Positions 41,696 through 53,149 are shown, counted from the stretch's first letter. The stretch: 64,000 nt of DNA from a virus (IMGVR_UViG_3300028048_000110:1-64000), one strand, 5' to 3'. Program-made: numbers and translations. Notes: generated from the sequence alone by a model not told the origin.

Positions 41696-44392
41696 ATGAC
41701 AAACATGAGCAAAGACTATTCAAAATACACAGACTATCAGCTTAGTATTGGAGCATTAAATAGAAATAGCATGATTCTTTCTGCTGGCATAATAAGCAGT
41801 CTTGTCAATGACTGCTATGTCGTGTCTAGCTTTAATGAGCTTCCTGCACCTAGTGGATGTGTTCCAGGCGATGTCGCTATTGTCAGTAGTATTGTCGGTG
41901 GCAATGAGAACATTATAGAACGAAAAGTGTTCTATTGTGCAAATAGTGCTTGGCAGCCACTTAGTGGACACGCAAAGTCTGGCAACATCTACTTTGACAG
42001 CAACTTGAGCATTGCTGGAGATTGGCTAAGTGTTGATGGCATTCTAAGTAGCAATACTATCTAGTCTAAGGGAAAGTCATTAGACTGGCTGGTGTCAAGC
42101 TTGCCAACATTCATTGATAAGAACACTAGCAAAATCACAATCAGCTCTGACCCTACTGCGGTTGACTTGTCAATCCACAAGATGACATATGACTAGTTTG
42201 AAGACAGAGTGCTTGATGAGAATCACCCAATATCAAGCAATGAGCTGTTCATCATAGAAGATGACTGCATTGACTGCTATGGCCAAGAGATAAAGAATGT
42301 CCTTTCATCTACTGAGCCAATGAATGCTGCTACAGTTGGACAAGTTGGTGCTGCTAAAGTAGAGCTATGTGCTTATGCTGATGAGATCTCTGCTCAAGCA
42401 AGTGCAGCTATAGATGAGCTTCAGACAGACGTGTCTAACATTAGTAGTGCCGTGGATGAAAAGGCTGACGAGACGACTACAGTCAAGCTGTCGCTAGCGG
42501 AAGAATATTTCCCAATAAACTACATGGATGCAGGCACTCCAGTTTCAATTTCTGGACCAGATGACGTGCATGTTGTTGATCTTGGACCGAAATTATATGC
42601 GCTCTACACTGTCTCTGGAGACATCGAGATTGCAAAGTTCAACCGGTTAAGTCTGGCCTACAATTCATCGCTCCTGAGCAATAACAATCTCGTGTTCAAT
42701 TATGCCGCACCCATTGCTAGCAAACGCCCAGTGCTGTCATATGTTGGAGGCACGGTCGTCCGCTTTGGAGAGTTCGCTGCCACTATCTCTTCTCTCTCAT
42801 CCAACATCAATAGCAAGCTCGACAAGAGCAGCGAAGACTGGACTGTCAGCTACACAGAGAACGGACTACACATAGCCGACACCGCCGGGGTGTACTACAT
42901 AGATATAGCTCCAGGCATGGTAAAGACAAACTACCCGAATGTTCACAATGTTTACTGGCCGATAACAAGGGGAACCCTCGCGCGCCTTGAGGACATTGCG
43001 GGAAACTTTAGTTCGTCGACGGCCTATGCAAAAGACGCGCTCGTCGAACGTTTTGGCTTACTCTACCATTGTGTCAACCCGAATGGGCATACTGGCGCAT
43101 GGGTGGATGCAGACTTCGGCGCGGCGACCGTGGAGGACATTCTCGCGGCGCTCCGCGCGGGCAAGGCGGACAAGCCTGCGACCTTCACGGCAGGCAATCT
43201 CGCTACGCTGAATGCCAATGGCAACCCGACGGACAGTGGGCTGTCTAGGGATACTGTTGAGAGTCTTTTCTTCGCGCAGCACTACCCCGAGGGCAAAGTC
43301 AAGAGTGCAGCAGAGTTCACAGTGGGAATCAAGTATGACGCCCCTGATACGGTCAACCGCACGATTATGGTCAAGCCGTTCTGCGACATAGATGGTACGG
43401 CAGAGAACGACAACTCGTCTCTTGTCGGGCGTGTGGTGATTCCGCCGTTCGTGGATGCAGACGGCAACGGGTACATCTCCGACGACGGCACGAGGTTCAA
43501 AGTCGTGGGGGTGAGTGGTGGTTATGCAAACAGCGACAACTTTAATCTAACCGCCATCTTCGCGCCAAATACGGTGACAAACATCGGGAACAGTGCGTTC
43601 TTCGCCTGTGCCTCGCTGACCTCCGTCTCGCTCCCAGCCACCACGGGAATAGGGAATCAGGCGTTCAGATACTGCAGCTCGCTAACCTCTGTCTCTCTCC
43701 CCGCTGCCACGACCATCGGGAGCGACGCGTTCTTCGCCTGTGCCTCGCTGACCTCCGTCTCGCTCCCAGTCGTGACGACCATCGGGGCTTCCATGTTCAG
43801 CGACTGCTACGAACTGTCCTTAGTTGACTTCGGCAACACACCACGCTCATCTGTACCGTCACTCGACGCATTTACGTTCAACGCTGTCCCGACGACCTGC
43901 AAGATAATTGTGCCTGACGAGCAGTATGACACATGGATTGCCGCTGATGGATGGAGTGACCTCGTGATAGCTGGATACAAGTTCCTGAAGTATAGTGAGT
44001 GGGAATATGCTCATAGATATGAAGTTCCTAAGCTCTCAGTTGACAACACTCCAGCAAATGTCAACATAGTCCACATCTCACAAAAAGACTATGAGCAGCT
44101 AGTCTTCGATGGTGATGCTTTGAGCAACACCTTGTATGTTGTATCTGGTGACTATATCAATGCATATGGCCAATAGATAAAGAATATTGCTCCAGGCAAT
44201 GATCTGTCTGATGCAGTCAATGTAGAGTAGTTGAATGCAATTGGCAACAAAACTCAATGCTTGAATGCAATATCATCAAACAATGTATTGTCAAACTTCT
44301 ATAGCACTATTGCAGCATCAGGAGTAAATGCTGTAACTATAGAGACAATGTGCTCAGCATTGTTTGAACTAGTAAAGACGTTAGGATACTGA
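41696..44392 (+). CDS. Tail fibre/receptor-binding protein with BspA-type LRR_5 repeats, 898 aa (TAG=Gln in flanks)
   Basis: Track ORFs 41696 and 42209 share a frame; AFxxCxSLTSVSLP repeats; DAVNVE(Q)L YadA-stalk-like motif. Confidence 0.82.
43595..43830 (+). repeat. 66-nt coding repeat (22-aa LRR) x3.5
   Basis: Units at 43595, 43661, 43727 and 43793; units 1 and 3 share 42+ identical nt. Confidence 0.9.
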
Positions 44393-44406
44393 CTAGATCA
44401 CTAGCA

Positions 44407-46317
44407 TTAAAGGTCTTGAAGCGAGCACTCAACTGTGTTCGCTTCAATGATCTTCATGAAGTCATCTTCAGAGATGATCTTAATGCCAAGCTCTTTTGCT
44501 TTGCGGTTCTTAGATGAGTTGCTGCTTATGTCATTGTTGACTAAGTAAGTCAATCCTTTAGACACACCTACCTTTGACTCATATCCATGCTCTAGTGCAT
44601 ATTCTAAGAACTTGCTTCTTGAGCCAAACTTCAGGCCACCTGTCACACATATTGACCCTTTTATGCTGTTCTTAGCCTTGGCTATGCTAGATGAGCTAGG
44701 GCTCCAATGCCAACGAGTGTCACTTACTACCATATTGACGTGTCTAAGTGCTTCAGGAAGATCCTCGATGAACTTGTCAAGCGTTATAGCTCCAATCCCA
44801 CTAGGCAGAGACTTGTATGCTTCATCTTTGAAAGATGTAGACTCAACAAGACTGTATCCATAGTGGTCAACAATCTTTCCAACAGATGTCTCAGACAAGC
44901 CTACAAAATTCATTGCCCCTAGGAGCTTCTCTTTGCTCTGTGAAAACACCTTTGCATACAGCTCATCATACAGCTTGACTTGAGACTTGTAGTCTTTGTT
45001 TGGCATGAACTCTAGCAACTTTTCAAATGAGGTGATGCCAAAGTTCTTGAGAGTTGCATTAGATGCTGACTTCACGCCAAGCTTCTTGATGAAGTTGACT
45101 AGACGATGGACAACCTGGTCAGGGCAGTTCTTGTTCTTGCACCGCATGTTGATGCCATCTCTCACAAGTGGGGCACCACAGCAAGAGCACTCAGTTGGAG
45201 GGTCAATCTTCTTGCAGTTTGGACCATTCTCAATGACATGCTCAATGTGTGGTATCACGTCTCCTGAGCGCTTAAGCACTATCTTGCTTCCATACATCAA
45301 TCCAAGCTGCTCAATTATGTCAAGATTGTGCAGAGACACACGGCTGATTGTAGCACCACCAAGCTCAACTGGGTCAACAATCCCTACACCAACAAAGTTG
45401 CCATCCTTTGAAGGGCCTTCCCACACGACATCAACAAGCTTTGTCTCAGCAACCTGTTGGTTTATCTTGAAGGCTTTGCATGCATCTGGACGGTACTTGT
45501 CTTCATTTCTGTATTCAGGAGAGCAGATGACAAGTCCATCAGTCTCATAGTCAAACTCTTGTGATGCCCAATCAAACAGCAGTTTTGGAATGTCTTTAAC
45601 TGAGACAAGGTCAACTTCTAGATGCCAAGCTGGAGACATTCCTTTTATGCAGTCAAGTATTTGAAACTGCTGGTTCTTTGTGTACTCCTGTCCAAGAATA
45701 GTGTAAGGGACAAAAGAGACAAACTTGACTTCATCTTCTGTCCAGTCTTTACGGTTCATTATTCCAGCGCATGCATTGCGAGCATTTGCAAACTTGCCAT
45801 CTTCAATCTCATTGAGCTTCTCAAAGTCTGCCTTCAATATGACAAGCTCACCACGTATCTCCATGCTCTCATCAATAAGAGCATTTGTCTGCTCATCATG
45901 AAGCTCATGTGGCAAGCCATTCACAAACATCGCTTTGTCAGTGATGTTCTCTCCAAATGACCCATCTCCACGTGTAGTTGCTGCAACTAGCTTTCCATTC
46001 TTGTAAGAAGCACGGCAAGAGATGCCATCAACTTTAGCACTTGCATTCAATGACTTGCCAAGAGACTTGACAAACTTGATGACTTCTTCAGGCTCTTCTC
46101 GCTTGAGCTTGTCAAGCGAGCCCATGATGTATGGATGCTTGACTTTGCCTTTGCCTTCATGCAGAGAGTCTCTAAATGAAGCATACTCTTCTTTTGAGAC
46201 ATTCTTTTCAAGCTCCTCACATAAGTCATCAAATGCTTGGTCACTCATAGTTGGGTGGCCATCACGATATGCTTTGTTTGCGTCTAGAATCTGCTTCTTC
46301 AATTTGTCTATTTCCAT
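44407..46317 (-). CDS. ligA: NAD-dependent DNA ligase
   Basis: KVDG motif I, RGDG, EIRGE, NARNACAG, DGLV, Zn finger, C-terminal BRCT; no internal TAG; extended -10 at 46324-46332. Confidence 0.95.
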   Translation of the reverse strand: MEIDKLKKQILDANKAYRDGHPTMSDQAFDDLCEELEKNVSKEEYASFRDSLHEGKGKVKHPYIMGSLDKLKREEPEEVIKFVKSLGKSLNASAKVDGISCRASYKNGKLVAATTRGDGSFGENITDKAMFVNGLPHELHDEQTNALIDESMEIRGELVILKADFEKLNEIEDGKFANARNACAGIMNRKDWTEDEVKFVSFVPYTILGQEYTKNQQFQILDCIKGMSPAWHLEVDLVSVKDIPKLLFDWASQEFDYETDGLVICSPEYRNEDKYRPDACKAFKINQQVAETKLVDVVWEGPSKDGNFVGVGIVDPVELGGATISRVSLHNLDIIEQLGLMYGSKIVLKRSGDVIPHIEHVIENGPNCKKIDPPTECSCCGAPLVRDGINMRCKNKNCPDQVVHRLVNFIKKLGVKSASNATLKNFGITSFEKLLEFMPNKDYKSQVKLYDELYAKVFSQSKEKLLGAMNFVGLSETSVGKIVDHYGYSLVESTSFKDEAYKSLPSGIGAITLDKFIEDLPEALRHVNMVVSDTRWHWSPSSSSIAKAKNSIKGSICVTGGLKFGSRSKFLEYALEHGYESKVGVSKGLTYLVNNDISSNSSKNRKAKELGIKIISEDDFMKIIEANTVECSLQDL

Positions 46318-46370
46318 ATGTCTATTATATCAAATTGATGCAAATTCTTAAATAGTCTCTCATAGAGTTG

Positions 46371-46841
46371 TCAGCTCTTCAACTTCTATATGTCTAGTGT
46401 GCACTTCTGCCAATCTATTCCAGCTAAGTCAAGTCGCATCAGAAGTTCATCAATGCTACGAGGGATATTGTGGTTCTCCCATCGTGGGTAGAACTATAGA
46501 CTGCCATCTTTAGTTATTTGATAGCCATCTCCACCTTTCATTGACATCAAGTACCTTCTTTCGCCAAAAGTCCCTTCAAGAATTTTCTTGCAGAGCTCTT
46601 CAACTGTGCCTTCATGTAGATTAGATGCAATCTGCCGCATACTTGACACATAGGCAACTCTGCCTTCTTTGAAGACATCTACTACGCTGTCATACCATCT
46701 AGTCCTCACATAGACATCTACAGTTGCAAGAACATTGTCTGCCTTTACCTCCATGGTAAGGCCTACTAGCTTTGCATATGCACTAAGAAGCTTTGCATAT
46801 TTGCCAATTGTGAAGTTCATTGGAGCTGTCTTTGCACGCAT
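46371..46841 (-). CDS. Distal member of the tagged family, 156 aa; motif SIDELLMRLDL lies after a TAG
   Basis: Read-through of TAG at 46494 gives QFYPRWENHNIPRSIDELLMRLDLAG...KLKS-TGA. Confidence 0.8.
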
Positions 46842-47035
46842 TAGTCGATCTCAAACTCTATCACGATCTTGCCATCTTCGCCGCGTACTACAGCGTCATG
46901 CCAATGCCCTTCATGAGACACTATGTGCAGAAACCCTTCCATATCTTTCACTGAGCATGGCATGTCAATTGAGATGCGCTTCTTCTAGTCTGACTTCTCA
47001 ACATTGTGTCTTTTGCTTGACTTCACCATATTCAT
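46841..47035 (-). CDS. Small hypothetical protein, 64 aa, 1 TAG
   Basis: Overlapping start/stop with both neighbours. Confidence 0.65.
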
Positions 47036-47682
47036 CAAGTTGTCTGTATGCTTGTCCCATCTTTCAAGTCTTCAAAGCAAGAAGGAGCAATCTCATAAAG
47101 CTTGTCAAGAATGAGATTTGCTGCTTTACGAATCTCCCATTGTGCTCTTGGAGAGAGGCGGAGCTTCAAGAAGTTTCGCCAAGCTCTGAAGTCTGCAGTG
47201 ACTACGATCTCAGTAGTGCATGCATTTGGAAGCACAAACCTAGCGTCTTCAGGCTTGAGTCCATATGACAAGAGAAGTGAGTAGGCATCCCAAGCGTGCT
47301 GCATTGCTTTGTCAAAGACATCTTTAGCAAGAAGAAGCTTTTGGTTAGTAGTACTGCTGTCAACAAGCACATCTGGCACTACATAACTTGGCTCATCTTC
47401 TTTGACATAACGTTGGCTTCTTTGAGAATATGAGAAGCCAATGCGGTGCCTAACAAGCTCATGCGTCAAGACACGGCTCACATCTTCTAGTCTAAATGTG
47501 GCAGTTGCATGCTCTACGCAGCTTTCATGGCCAGACTTGATGATAGCCTTTATCATCTTGCGAGATGCCTCTAAGTCTTTCTCTTTTGAGTCATAGCATG
47601 TACGAGCAGCATTTGCTATTACAAGCTCTGGATTAGGAGTGTGTGCAACAAATTCTATGTTCATATAAGATATGGTACACAT
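47035..47682 (-). CDS. thyX: Flavin-dependent thymidylate synthase
   Basis: GHESCVEH, LVRHRIGFSYSQRSQRY (RHRx7SxR), EDARFVLP, LRLSPRAQWEIR. Confidence 0.95.
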   Translation of the reverse strand: MCTISYMNIEFVAHTPNPELVIANAARTCYDSKEKDLEASRKMIKAIIKSGHESCVEHATATFRLEDVSRVLTHELVRHRIGFSYSQRSQRYVKEDEPSYVVPDVLVDSSTTNQKLLLAKDVFDKAMQHAWDAYSLLLSYGLKPEDARFVLPNACTTEIVVTADFRAWRNFLKLRLSPRAQWEIRKAANLILDKLYEIAPSCFEDLKDGTSIQTT

Positions 47683-47715
47683 CTAGCTTTAGCATGTGAA
47701 GTAAATAGTAATGCA

Positions 47716-48669
47716 ATGCAAGCAAATGAATCATCTCTAGACAAGAAGTCAGTTTGGTACTTTGGAAACAACAAAGCCAGGAACTTGAAGCTTGTTTCGC
47801 CAAAGTGGTATGCACCATTCTTCATGACGACAGACTACAAGTATGCAGAAGAATATGCTGACTATGGCGTGTACACAATCACACTAAAGAATGAGGCAAA
47901 GTCTAAGATTCTTGACTTCAACAAAGACTCAGATGTGAAGAAGCTCACGTGGCCAAAAGAGCTCATAGATGACATAAGGACAGGCAAGAGTGACTTGAAT
48001 GGAATTGCATATGACATGTACATTCTTGCTGGCTATGGGCACTCACAAGAAGTGTTTGACAAGTCTTGGCACTTGTCTGATGCGGCATATGACTTTGATG
48101 TGCGGTCTGAGAACATATTTGACATTGTCCCAAAGCATGCAAGTTGGGCAAGTGAGAAAGACCACAGATTTGTCCTCTAGATGTGGAAAGACATTCATGA
48201 TGCTGGATTTGATGGTTTCACTCATCTTGAGTTTGGAAAGAGGATTCTTGCACTGTTTGACTTCAAGTGCATGGACAAGATAAGCATCAAGCCAATTGAT
48301 ACTAAGTTGAATGAGTCTAACGATGATGAAAAAGATATGGGTGAAGTGAGCGATGGGTACCACACATTCAATGAGTTGTACTACTATAGAATGCTGTATA
48401 ATGCTGCATTCTTCAATGAGCTTGCTAAAAACACTGACATCAAAGTGATGAAGTCAAAGAGACATAGTGATGGCAAACCATGTTTTGATGATGCTGACAT
48501 GTTCATTGTACAAGCTGAATTACCAACTGGACAAGTGTCAAACCACTATAGCATGGAAGATTGGGATAAGTTCAAAGTTGATGAAGTTGAAGTTGCTGAT
48601 GAATGGGATGGACACACGCCGCAACAAGCAGCAGAGCGTATAGAAAAATTCATTTTGGAGTATCAATAA
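47716..48669 (+). CDS. Two-domain late protein: ART-PolyVal-like N domain + SDGYHTF..WDGH domain, 1 TAG
   Basis: Track ORFs 47641 and 48181 share a frame; FFMTTDYKYAEEYA..VY.I.L..GFDG pattern; late promoter at 47699. Confidence 0.65.
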
Positions 48670-48670
48670 G

Positions 48671-50347
48671 ATGAAAGTTGACAAGTACATTCAATACTGG
48701 GCCCACATGCTCGATGAAGCATTTGACAAAAGTGGCATGCTAGCTGAAGGAAAACAAGAGTACTTGAAGAAACACTCAAGCGAGAAAGACGTGAAGAGCG
48801 CAGTTGACAAGCATCTTGATGAAGAAGAAGGCATAGTAGACAATGATGTGTATTTGTCAAACATGGCAAAGTCATTTGCTGACAAAGCATGGTTCTTGAA
48901 GTACATTCCAAAAGACATCACAACTATTGTAGACTTTGGAGGTGGAACAGGAGACTTTGCAAAGTTTTGTAGAGCAAAAAGACCAGACTTGACATATGCT
49001 GTAGTTGACAACAATGCTAGTTTCTTTGACCAAGCAAAGTCAAATGGATTCATAGTAGCATCAAGTCTGTAGAACTTGACCGCAAACAAGGCAATTGACT
49101 TCAGCAAGTCACTTCTAGTCCTCTCGTCAGTCATCCATGAGATATACTCTTATGCAGATGCAAGTGCATTTTGGAAAGACATAGCAAAGTGCGGGTTTAA
49201 AGCTGTTGCCATACGTGACATGAGCTATGATGAGACAGCAATGCGCAGTGCTCCAATAGATGCCATCTGCTGGGTATACTAGAACATCTTCATGTCAGAT
49301 GTTGTGGCATACAAAGGAGTGCCATTTAGAGACATAACAGAGAGCTTTGAAGACTAGTGGGGAGCAATATGCGACCCTGCATCAAAGAAAGTGAATGGAA
49401 AGAACTTGTTCCACTTCTTGATAAAGTACCGCTATCAAGAGAACTGGGCAAGAGAAGTCCAAGAGAACTACTTGCCTGTGTCAAAGGAGAAGCTTGCATC
49501 AATCCTCACATCTATGGGGTACTCATTCACCCACAAAGAGTCAAGCAAGCTAGAGTTCTATGGAAAGTGTTGGAAGAAAGACTTCAAGCTGGGCGTGCCA
49601 GACAACAATGGCTATAGAAAGCAGTTCTATGATTGGCTATTGACACTTGACACGCACATAAAGTGGTTTCTTGAGAAGAAAGCATAGAAGATGGACAGTC
49701 TTGATGAGAACAAGCAAGCTTATTTGAGCAAATATGCAGATGAAGAAGACATCAATGCAGTTGTTGAGATGTTTTGGCACATACGCAGTAGGCTAAGTGC
49801 TCCATAGAATGACATTGATTGGTGGATAAAGAAGCCATTTGCTGACTTGAAGAGGTTTGTGCAGACATATGACACCTCAAACAAGAAGCAGCGTCGAGAC
49901 ACAAACTACAAGAAGCAAGCTTTTGACAATGATGCAAAGTTGCTTGGCACCAGAGATGGATATGAGATCTGGTATGTGCCAACTTATGAAGCTATGAAGA
50001 TTCTTGGACGCTTCTACAAAGGACGGTCTGCTAAGTGGTGCGTTGCTTCAGATGACCCTGAGTTTTGGTTTGACAACCATGATGAAGATGAGTTTGTTGT
50101 GCTAGTGAGAGAGCATCCAAAGAACAATGAGTTCGACAAAGTCGCTCTGCAGATGACTGGTCATGGCAGATACTTCAACTAGAAGCAGATCATACCTTGG
50201 GACTTAGAGAACAATGACAACACATTCACTGCTAGATACTACATGACTGGTCTAGACTTAGCAGAGGTTGAAGCCTTGATCTACTATGCTTGGCAGCTGT
50301 TCAAAGACAATGGTGAGCAAAGAGAGCAGTACTATGATGTTGATTGA
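48671..50347 (+). CDS. Class I SAM-dependent methyltransferase fused to a C-terminal WCVAS domain, 558 aa (TAG=Gln)
   Basis: VDFGGGTG, VVDNN, LSSVIHE; track ORFs 48671, 49076, 49391 and 49847 share a frame. Confidence 0.8.
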
Positions 50348-50402
50348 TGCTAAGCATTGAAGTAAATACGATAAAAGAAAGCAAATACAGAAAGACAACA
50401 CT

Positions 50403-50726
50403 ATGACAGCATACGATTTTGCAAAGTTGTTGACATCTGGTGCAGCAAGTTCGCCTGATGCAGAAATTGAAGTAGTTGACACTACATACGAACAATTCTG
50501 GGATGCAGATGTCTCACACGTCGATCACATAATGAGAAAAGTTGTGCTAGCATCTCATCTTGACTATGGCAGTTATAGCAATTGGATTAACACCGCTAGA
50601 AAGCTCAAAGACTGGTTTATTGAAAACAATGTTGAACAAAGCTACAAAATAGTGTTCTAGAACCATGACTCTGAGACTTTCAATGACATTAAAGCTATCA
50701 AGACAAACTTTATGCGACTTGCTTAA
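50403..50726 (+). CDS. Hypothetical protein, 1 TAG
   Basis: Late promoter at 50360; TAA at 50724. Confidence 0.7.
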
Positions 50727-50756
50727 TAGTGACTAACTTACAACAAGGAAACTGAT

Positions 50757-51173
50757 ATGAATAAGAGATACACAAAGAAGCAGATCACAGAGGCAATCGC
50801 TTACTGGGAAAAGTAGCTTGCAGAAGGCAACTACAAGAGAGTAGATGAAGGTATATCATATGACAGTGCAGCTAGAGAAGCACAAGCAATTAGAGATGAC
50901 ATTGATGACAATGTGAACACTCCAAAAGAGTTATTTGCCTGGGCAGCAAGTGATACACTTTATGTGACAGATCCACATGGAAATGAATTATATGATTGGT
51001 GTAAGACAAATATAGAGAAAGTTAAAAGCTATGTTCAAGAGATTGAGTGGGAACATGGAGACATTGGCAGTGGTGCATTAGCATATGAAGACTACTTCAA
51101 TGCATTGATTAAAGCTGTTGAAAACAAAGATATAAATGCTGCGAGTGAGTGGCTAGATTCACCAATGCCATGA
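50757..51173 (+). CDS. Hypothetical late protein (MNKRYTKKQITEAIAYWEK(Q)L), 1 TAG
   Basis: AAGGA RBS; in frame with track ORF 50913. Confidence 0.75.
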
Positions 51174-51210
51174 TTTTTTGTTAAAGGCAATGACTTTAAA
51201 CTTAACTGTT

Positions 51211-51317
51211 AAAGCCACCTATAAAGGTGGCTTTTACATTCTAAGCAAGCAAGAAAGATGCTCAGTCTTTAGCTGAGCATAGAGTTCACAAAAATGGCTA
51301 GCTTGTTCAGCTAGCCA
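51211..51317. terminator. Three consecutive hairpins between convergent genes (bidirectional terminator region)
   Basis: aaagccacc/ggtggcttt 51211-51234; atgctcag/ctgagcat 51258-51280; tggctagc/gctagcca 51295-51317. Confidence 0.75.
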
Positions 51318-51349
51318 CATTGAAGAAAGACCTTGTTTGTCTTTCTGTT

Positions 51350-51829
51350 TTATTTCACCTCAATCTTGAGGACATCATCTTTCTTTACTTCAATTGCCTT
51401 AGCTGGAAGGTCAATCCTGAGCATTCCATCTTCAGCCTTTGCAGTGATGTTCTTGATGTCAACTGTGTCAGACAGCGGAATTGAGAAGCTAAAGCTTTGG
51501 TAAGAGATGCTTGAAAAGTCCATCTCTTCATCCTTCACTTTGTTCTCTTTTCCACATGTGACTGTCAAGAGGTTGTTCTTGACTTCCACATCTACTTCAT
51601 CACGCTTGAATGGAGTGTATGGAACTTCAAGGCCCCAACCAACTACAGTGCCATCTTCATTTTTCTTTGTTGTGAGATTGTGTGGACGAGAGATAATCCT
51701 CTTTAGACCACGATTCTCGAACTTGTTAGACCCATCAGAGAGAAGTGGATAGTTGAAAATTGCATCCATGTTTCTCCACATACGGTCCATTTGCTCAAAT
51801 ATTGAGCTTATGTTTTGGTTTGAGTGCAT
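51350..51829 (-). CDS. Small heat-shock protein (Hsp20/alpha-crystallin)
   Basis: VDVEVKNNLLTV, FSFSIPL, ITAKAEDGMLRIDLP. Confidence 0.9.
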   Translation of the reverse strand: MHSNQNISSIFEQMDRMWRNMDAIFNYPLLSDGSNKFENRGLKRIISRPHNLTTKKNEDGTVVGWGLEVPYTPFKRDEVDVEVKNNLLTVTCGKENKVKDEEMDFSSISYQSFSFSIPLSDTVDIKNITAKAEDGMLRIDLPAKAIEVKKDDVLKIEVK

Positions 51830-52010
51830 GATTTGCCTCTACTTTCTATGTTTTTTGACTGTTGTTTGCTCAATCAGTCATTTGTTTGCTTGTAGTCTCC
51901 ATGCTGGATGCCTTCCTAGCATTTCCTCTACAGAATATATATACCTCTAGCCGTCATGCACTGAATTTATATTTGCACAACGGCTAGACAGTCAAGATAT
52001 TGCTTGATGC

Positions 52011-53075
52011 TTATATTCCAAGCTCTTTCAGCAAGTCATTTGAGTCAATGTCATCTGAATCATTGGCAGTAGAAGCATCTGGAACATCCAGACCCTCATT
52101 GTCCGGATCAGATGCAAGAGCATTCTCCTTGCTCTCACTAGGCTTGCCACCAATCAAGTCATCAATGTCACTGTCATCTATGTCATTGCTTTCTGATGGA
52201 ATGTCATTTGTTGGAATGCTTGTCTTGCTTGCTGTTGGCTTGTCATCAACATCTGTCTTGTACACTGGAATGTCATCGTCTTCAGGGATGTCATTGTTTG
52301 ATATTGCACAGAACTTGTTGTAGAACTCATCTACTTCTTCATCATCAGGTGACGTGAAGTATGTCTCGTCAAATGGAAAGCCGTCAACACTTTGGCTGTT
52401 TATGGCTGGAATCTCATATGGCTCTGTTGAGAACTTTATCTTATCAATGACAGTCTTCTTGTACTGCTTTCCATTCTTGCCTTCTTCAATAGTCTGTGCG
52501 ACATGCAGCAAGCAGTCTACTGCCTTTCCACCATTGAATATAGGCACCTCTCTGCACTTTGCATCAGCAATGTTGCGGAACTTTGTGTACATCTCCTTGT
52601 CATTGAATATGATGACTTTGAACTTGCCATTGTTCTTCTCATAGTTAGGGTCATTTCTGACATATACTGGGACAATAGCCTCATATGATGTGCCACACAG
52701 TCCAGCCTTCTGTCTAGCAGCAATGTCAGTCTTTCCAGACTCACGGTATATTGACCACTGCTGGCCAACAAAATTGCAGATCTTGCATGAGGATGCCTTT
52801 GGCCCTTCAGTCTCTATCCAAGGTGTGCTCTTTGTGCAGACAACTTTCTCTAGATGCTTTTTGCCTGTCTTAGGGTCTGTCACCCAAGCCTTGTGTATGT
52901 ACCTTATGATGTTTGGGTCGTCACGACCAACTTTTGATCCAATGCCGAGAAGTCGAACACGGTAGTATGTACGGTCATCCTTGCAAGGCTGCAAGAACAT
53001 CTCGAGATTCGTGTTCTTCTTAGGAGCACCGAGTGTCTTTGAATGCTTTGGAAACGATGATATGAATGTGCACAT
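52011..53075 (-). CDS. T4 gp32-like single-stranded DNA-binding protein
   Basis: YRVRLL, C..SCKIC Zn site, VYVRNDP.YEKNNGK, long acidic tail. Confidence 0.8.
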   Translation of the reverse strand: MCTFISSFPKHSKTLGAPKKNTNLEMFLQPCKDDRTYYRVRLLGIGSKVGRDDPNIIRYIHKAWVTDPKTGKKHLEKVVCTKSTPWIETEGPKASSCKICNFVGQQWSIYRESGKTDIAARQKAGLCGTSYEAIVPVYVRNDPNYEKNNGKFKVIIFNDKEMYTKFRNIADAKCREVPIFNGGKAVDCLLHVAQTIEEGKNGKQYKKTVIDKIKFSTEPYEIPAINSQSVDGFPFDETYFTSPDDEEVDEFYNKFCAISNNDIPEDDDIPVYKTDVDDKPTASKTSIPTNDIPSESNDIDDSDIDDLIGGKPSESKENALASDPDNEGLDVPDASTANDSDDIDSNDLLKELGI

Positions 53076-53149
53076 GCGTTTCTTTCCTTTGTTTTAGTTT
53101 TTGTTTGTGTATAGAACTTGACTCAAATAGTTGAGACAAGCAAATAAAA

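Noticed and set aside
22717-44392. Apparent mass pseudogenisation (many short broken ORFs)
   Set aside because: All breaks are in-frame TAG; the frames stay open to TAA/TGA and catalytic motifs are intact, so this is recoding rather than decay.
51947-51987. Hsp20 RNA thermometer
   Set aside because: The hairpin ctagccgt/acggctag is over 100 nt from the Hsp20 start and does not cover the RBS; it is more likely the gp32 terminator.
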